Source of the DNA: Raillietiella orientalis
Taxonomy: Eukaryota
DNA: 64,000 nt
Direction of reading: 5' to 3'
Assembly (NCBI GenBank): GCA_036172245.1
Contig: JAYWIR010000005.1
Location: 5,580,001-5,644,000, forward strand
Made by a program: the position numbers and the translations under genes. Below, piece after piece: positions 62,201-64,000 of this stretch. Below the pieces are notes generated by a model, which saw only the letters and a program-made list of their open reading frames with translations, was not told where the DNA came from and searched no databases. Position 1 is the first letter of the stretch. Each line of letters opens with the position of its first letter.

Positions 62201-64000
62201 AAAAATACACTATTGGTTCGACTATTGTAGGCATGGTACCATGTAGGTCGAAAGCTTCATCGAAAATCAGCGGATCCATCCTATTTTCCAGGGACACCGC
62301 CACCGCTTCACTTGCAATTCGTCCAACGTCACCCATCGGAAGTCAGACGGACAGGGAGCCGAAAAAGGATGGGATGGAAATTCTTCTTCCTCAGGCATAA
62401 TGCTGTCAGGCTATTTTGAAACTCCACGAGTTGAGCGGAGGATGGCAGCCGGATGCACTTGCATTCTCCATATCGACATCAAGATGCCATCACGCGTTCG
62501 AATTCAAGTCAATGGATTGTTTCTCTACGTGGCCGTTATCCGTGTTACGCTGCATGTGGAAGCTCAGGGAGATTGAGCTCATTCTTTTGAGATTTAGGAA
62601 ATCCTTTGTAAATATCGCCGCAACAGGCCTCGTCTCGGTTCTGCTGCTGCGTCTTCCCTTTACGTTTTTTCCTTGCAACGTTTAGATATGTAAGAAATAT
62701 GGATCAGGTCACCTGGATGGTCGGGTAAAAAGGCTCTATTGCTCACTTCCAGATTGCCAGCTTTCCTAAACGGATTCCATCTGTCGAATCAGATGCCCTG
62801 AGGCAAAGCGGATTCAGCAACCAGGAAGTGAAACTCATCTCTCAACCATCACGTGAACGGAACGCGTACTTTCCCCTTGTTCAAACTCGGCACTTGATTG
62901 ATTTCCAGCATGCCGGATAGGTTCGGGAAGGTCTGGGTGTATCCCCAGCATGAAACTGTTTCTTCCAGAGCGAAACTCAAAAGGATCGTCTGCTGAAGGC
63001 AACGGAGATGCGGGTCCAAATCGAAGTTCTCTTGATGGTCGAACACTGGGATGAGCAACGCCCGAGTTCCTTCACGTTCGCTTGGATAGCCGTACAGCAT
63101 GTACAGATCACTTTTAGCTGCATTGAGCAGAAAATGGTGCAAAGACTCTTCCAGATCACTATGTCGTGTCCCCAGAAGCAGAAATGATGCATGCATTTTC
63201 TCAGGGCACCCTTCAGCAGGCATTTTCCCGAGGGCGGAATGAAAGTACCTGGACCTCTCTGACTTCGCGAAACACGAGCGAAAGTATTTATCGTTTTGAC
63301 ACGTGCATTTTTCAACGCACTCCATATGGAACCCAAAAAAAAGTGACGCAACGTGCTCTGGCGTGAGTAATAAATGACTGCTCAGTCGTAAGCGTGGACA
63401 AGCAAAAGAGACAACCGCTTTTTTAGAACGCACACATTCCAGATTCGGTCTTCAAGGACTGACTCGTGTTCTTCCTGATCGCTGCTACGGATGATCTGGA
63501 AACACTGCACAGATGCAGAGCCTCTATGCGTTACCCATCTGCTTCGAGAAACGGATAACATAGATTTCGTACACTCCTACTTCTCAGCTAACTCTCTAGT
63601 GTGACCTAGATCAGTGACTCAAACTGTGTCGTTGGCTCTGCCTCGGCTAGAGTTACTTAAATATTTATTTTTTTCGGTCGGTGCAAATACATCTTTCCGA
63701 GAGGTTTCCGTTAAAGCATCTTCATTTTAGAAAACTCATTGACAGAGTCTGCTTTGCCTACCGAGGTTGGGATGGAGGAAGTGGGCACGCGGCGCACACA
63801 CATAAACAGACACGTTATGTAGGTACACAGTTGTATAGCGCATGTGTTGTGTACATCCAGCTATGGATATGAATTATATTTACGTATGTGCATGCCAAAA
63901 CTTTCTCGATATACATGCAGGTACATCATAGTAATATATTAGGACCCGCTTTTGTGTGTACACGTTACAAATGGCTGTGTACACAGTGAGTATCTACAAT

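Noticed and set aside
1..64000. Prokaryotic systems (operons, CRISPR, retrons, DGR) and structural RNAs
   Set aside because: Spliceosomal gene structure; the only RT is a eukaryotic non-LTR type; the repeat mismatches are not adenine-specific as in DGR TR/VR pairs; no arrays, tRNA or rRNA recognised by eye.

Overview
Eukaryotic genomic DNA, most likely arthropod (inferred from the protein family and short GT-AG introns); most ORFs in the track are GC-rich shadow ORFs. (1) The left part holds internal exons of a large minus-strand gene for a mucin-like, Ser/Thr/Glu-rich protein with DUF4758-type repeats. It has one giant 8,115-nt exon (14037-5923) and phase-compatible exons at 4158-4069, 515-394 and 315-1, and runs off the left edge; its 5' exons are unresolved. 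(2) About 14-41 kb is mostly CpG-rich non-coding sequence with NRF1/ETS-like motif clusters, microsatellites, candidate exons and a possible hAT relic. (3) The lower-GC right part contains a decayed, probably 5'-truncated minus-strand RLE-type non-LTR retrotransposon (NeSL/Utopia-like; 55724-59039). It is bracketed exactly by a 200-bp direct repeat (7 mismatches), a candidate exceptionally long target-site duplication and the most unusual feature here. No rRNA, tRNA or CRISPR was seen.
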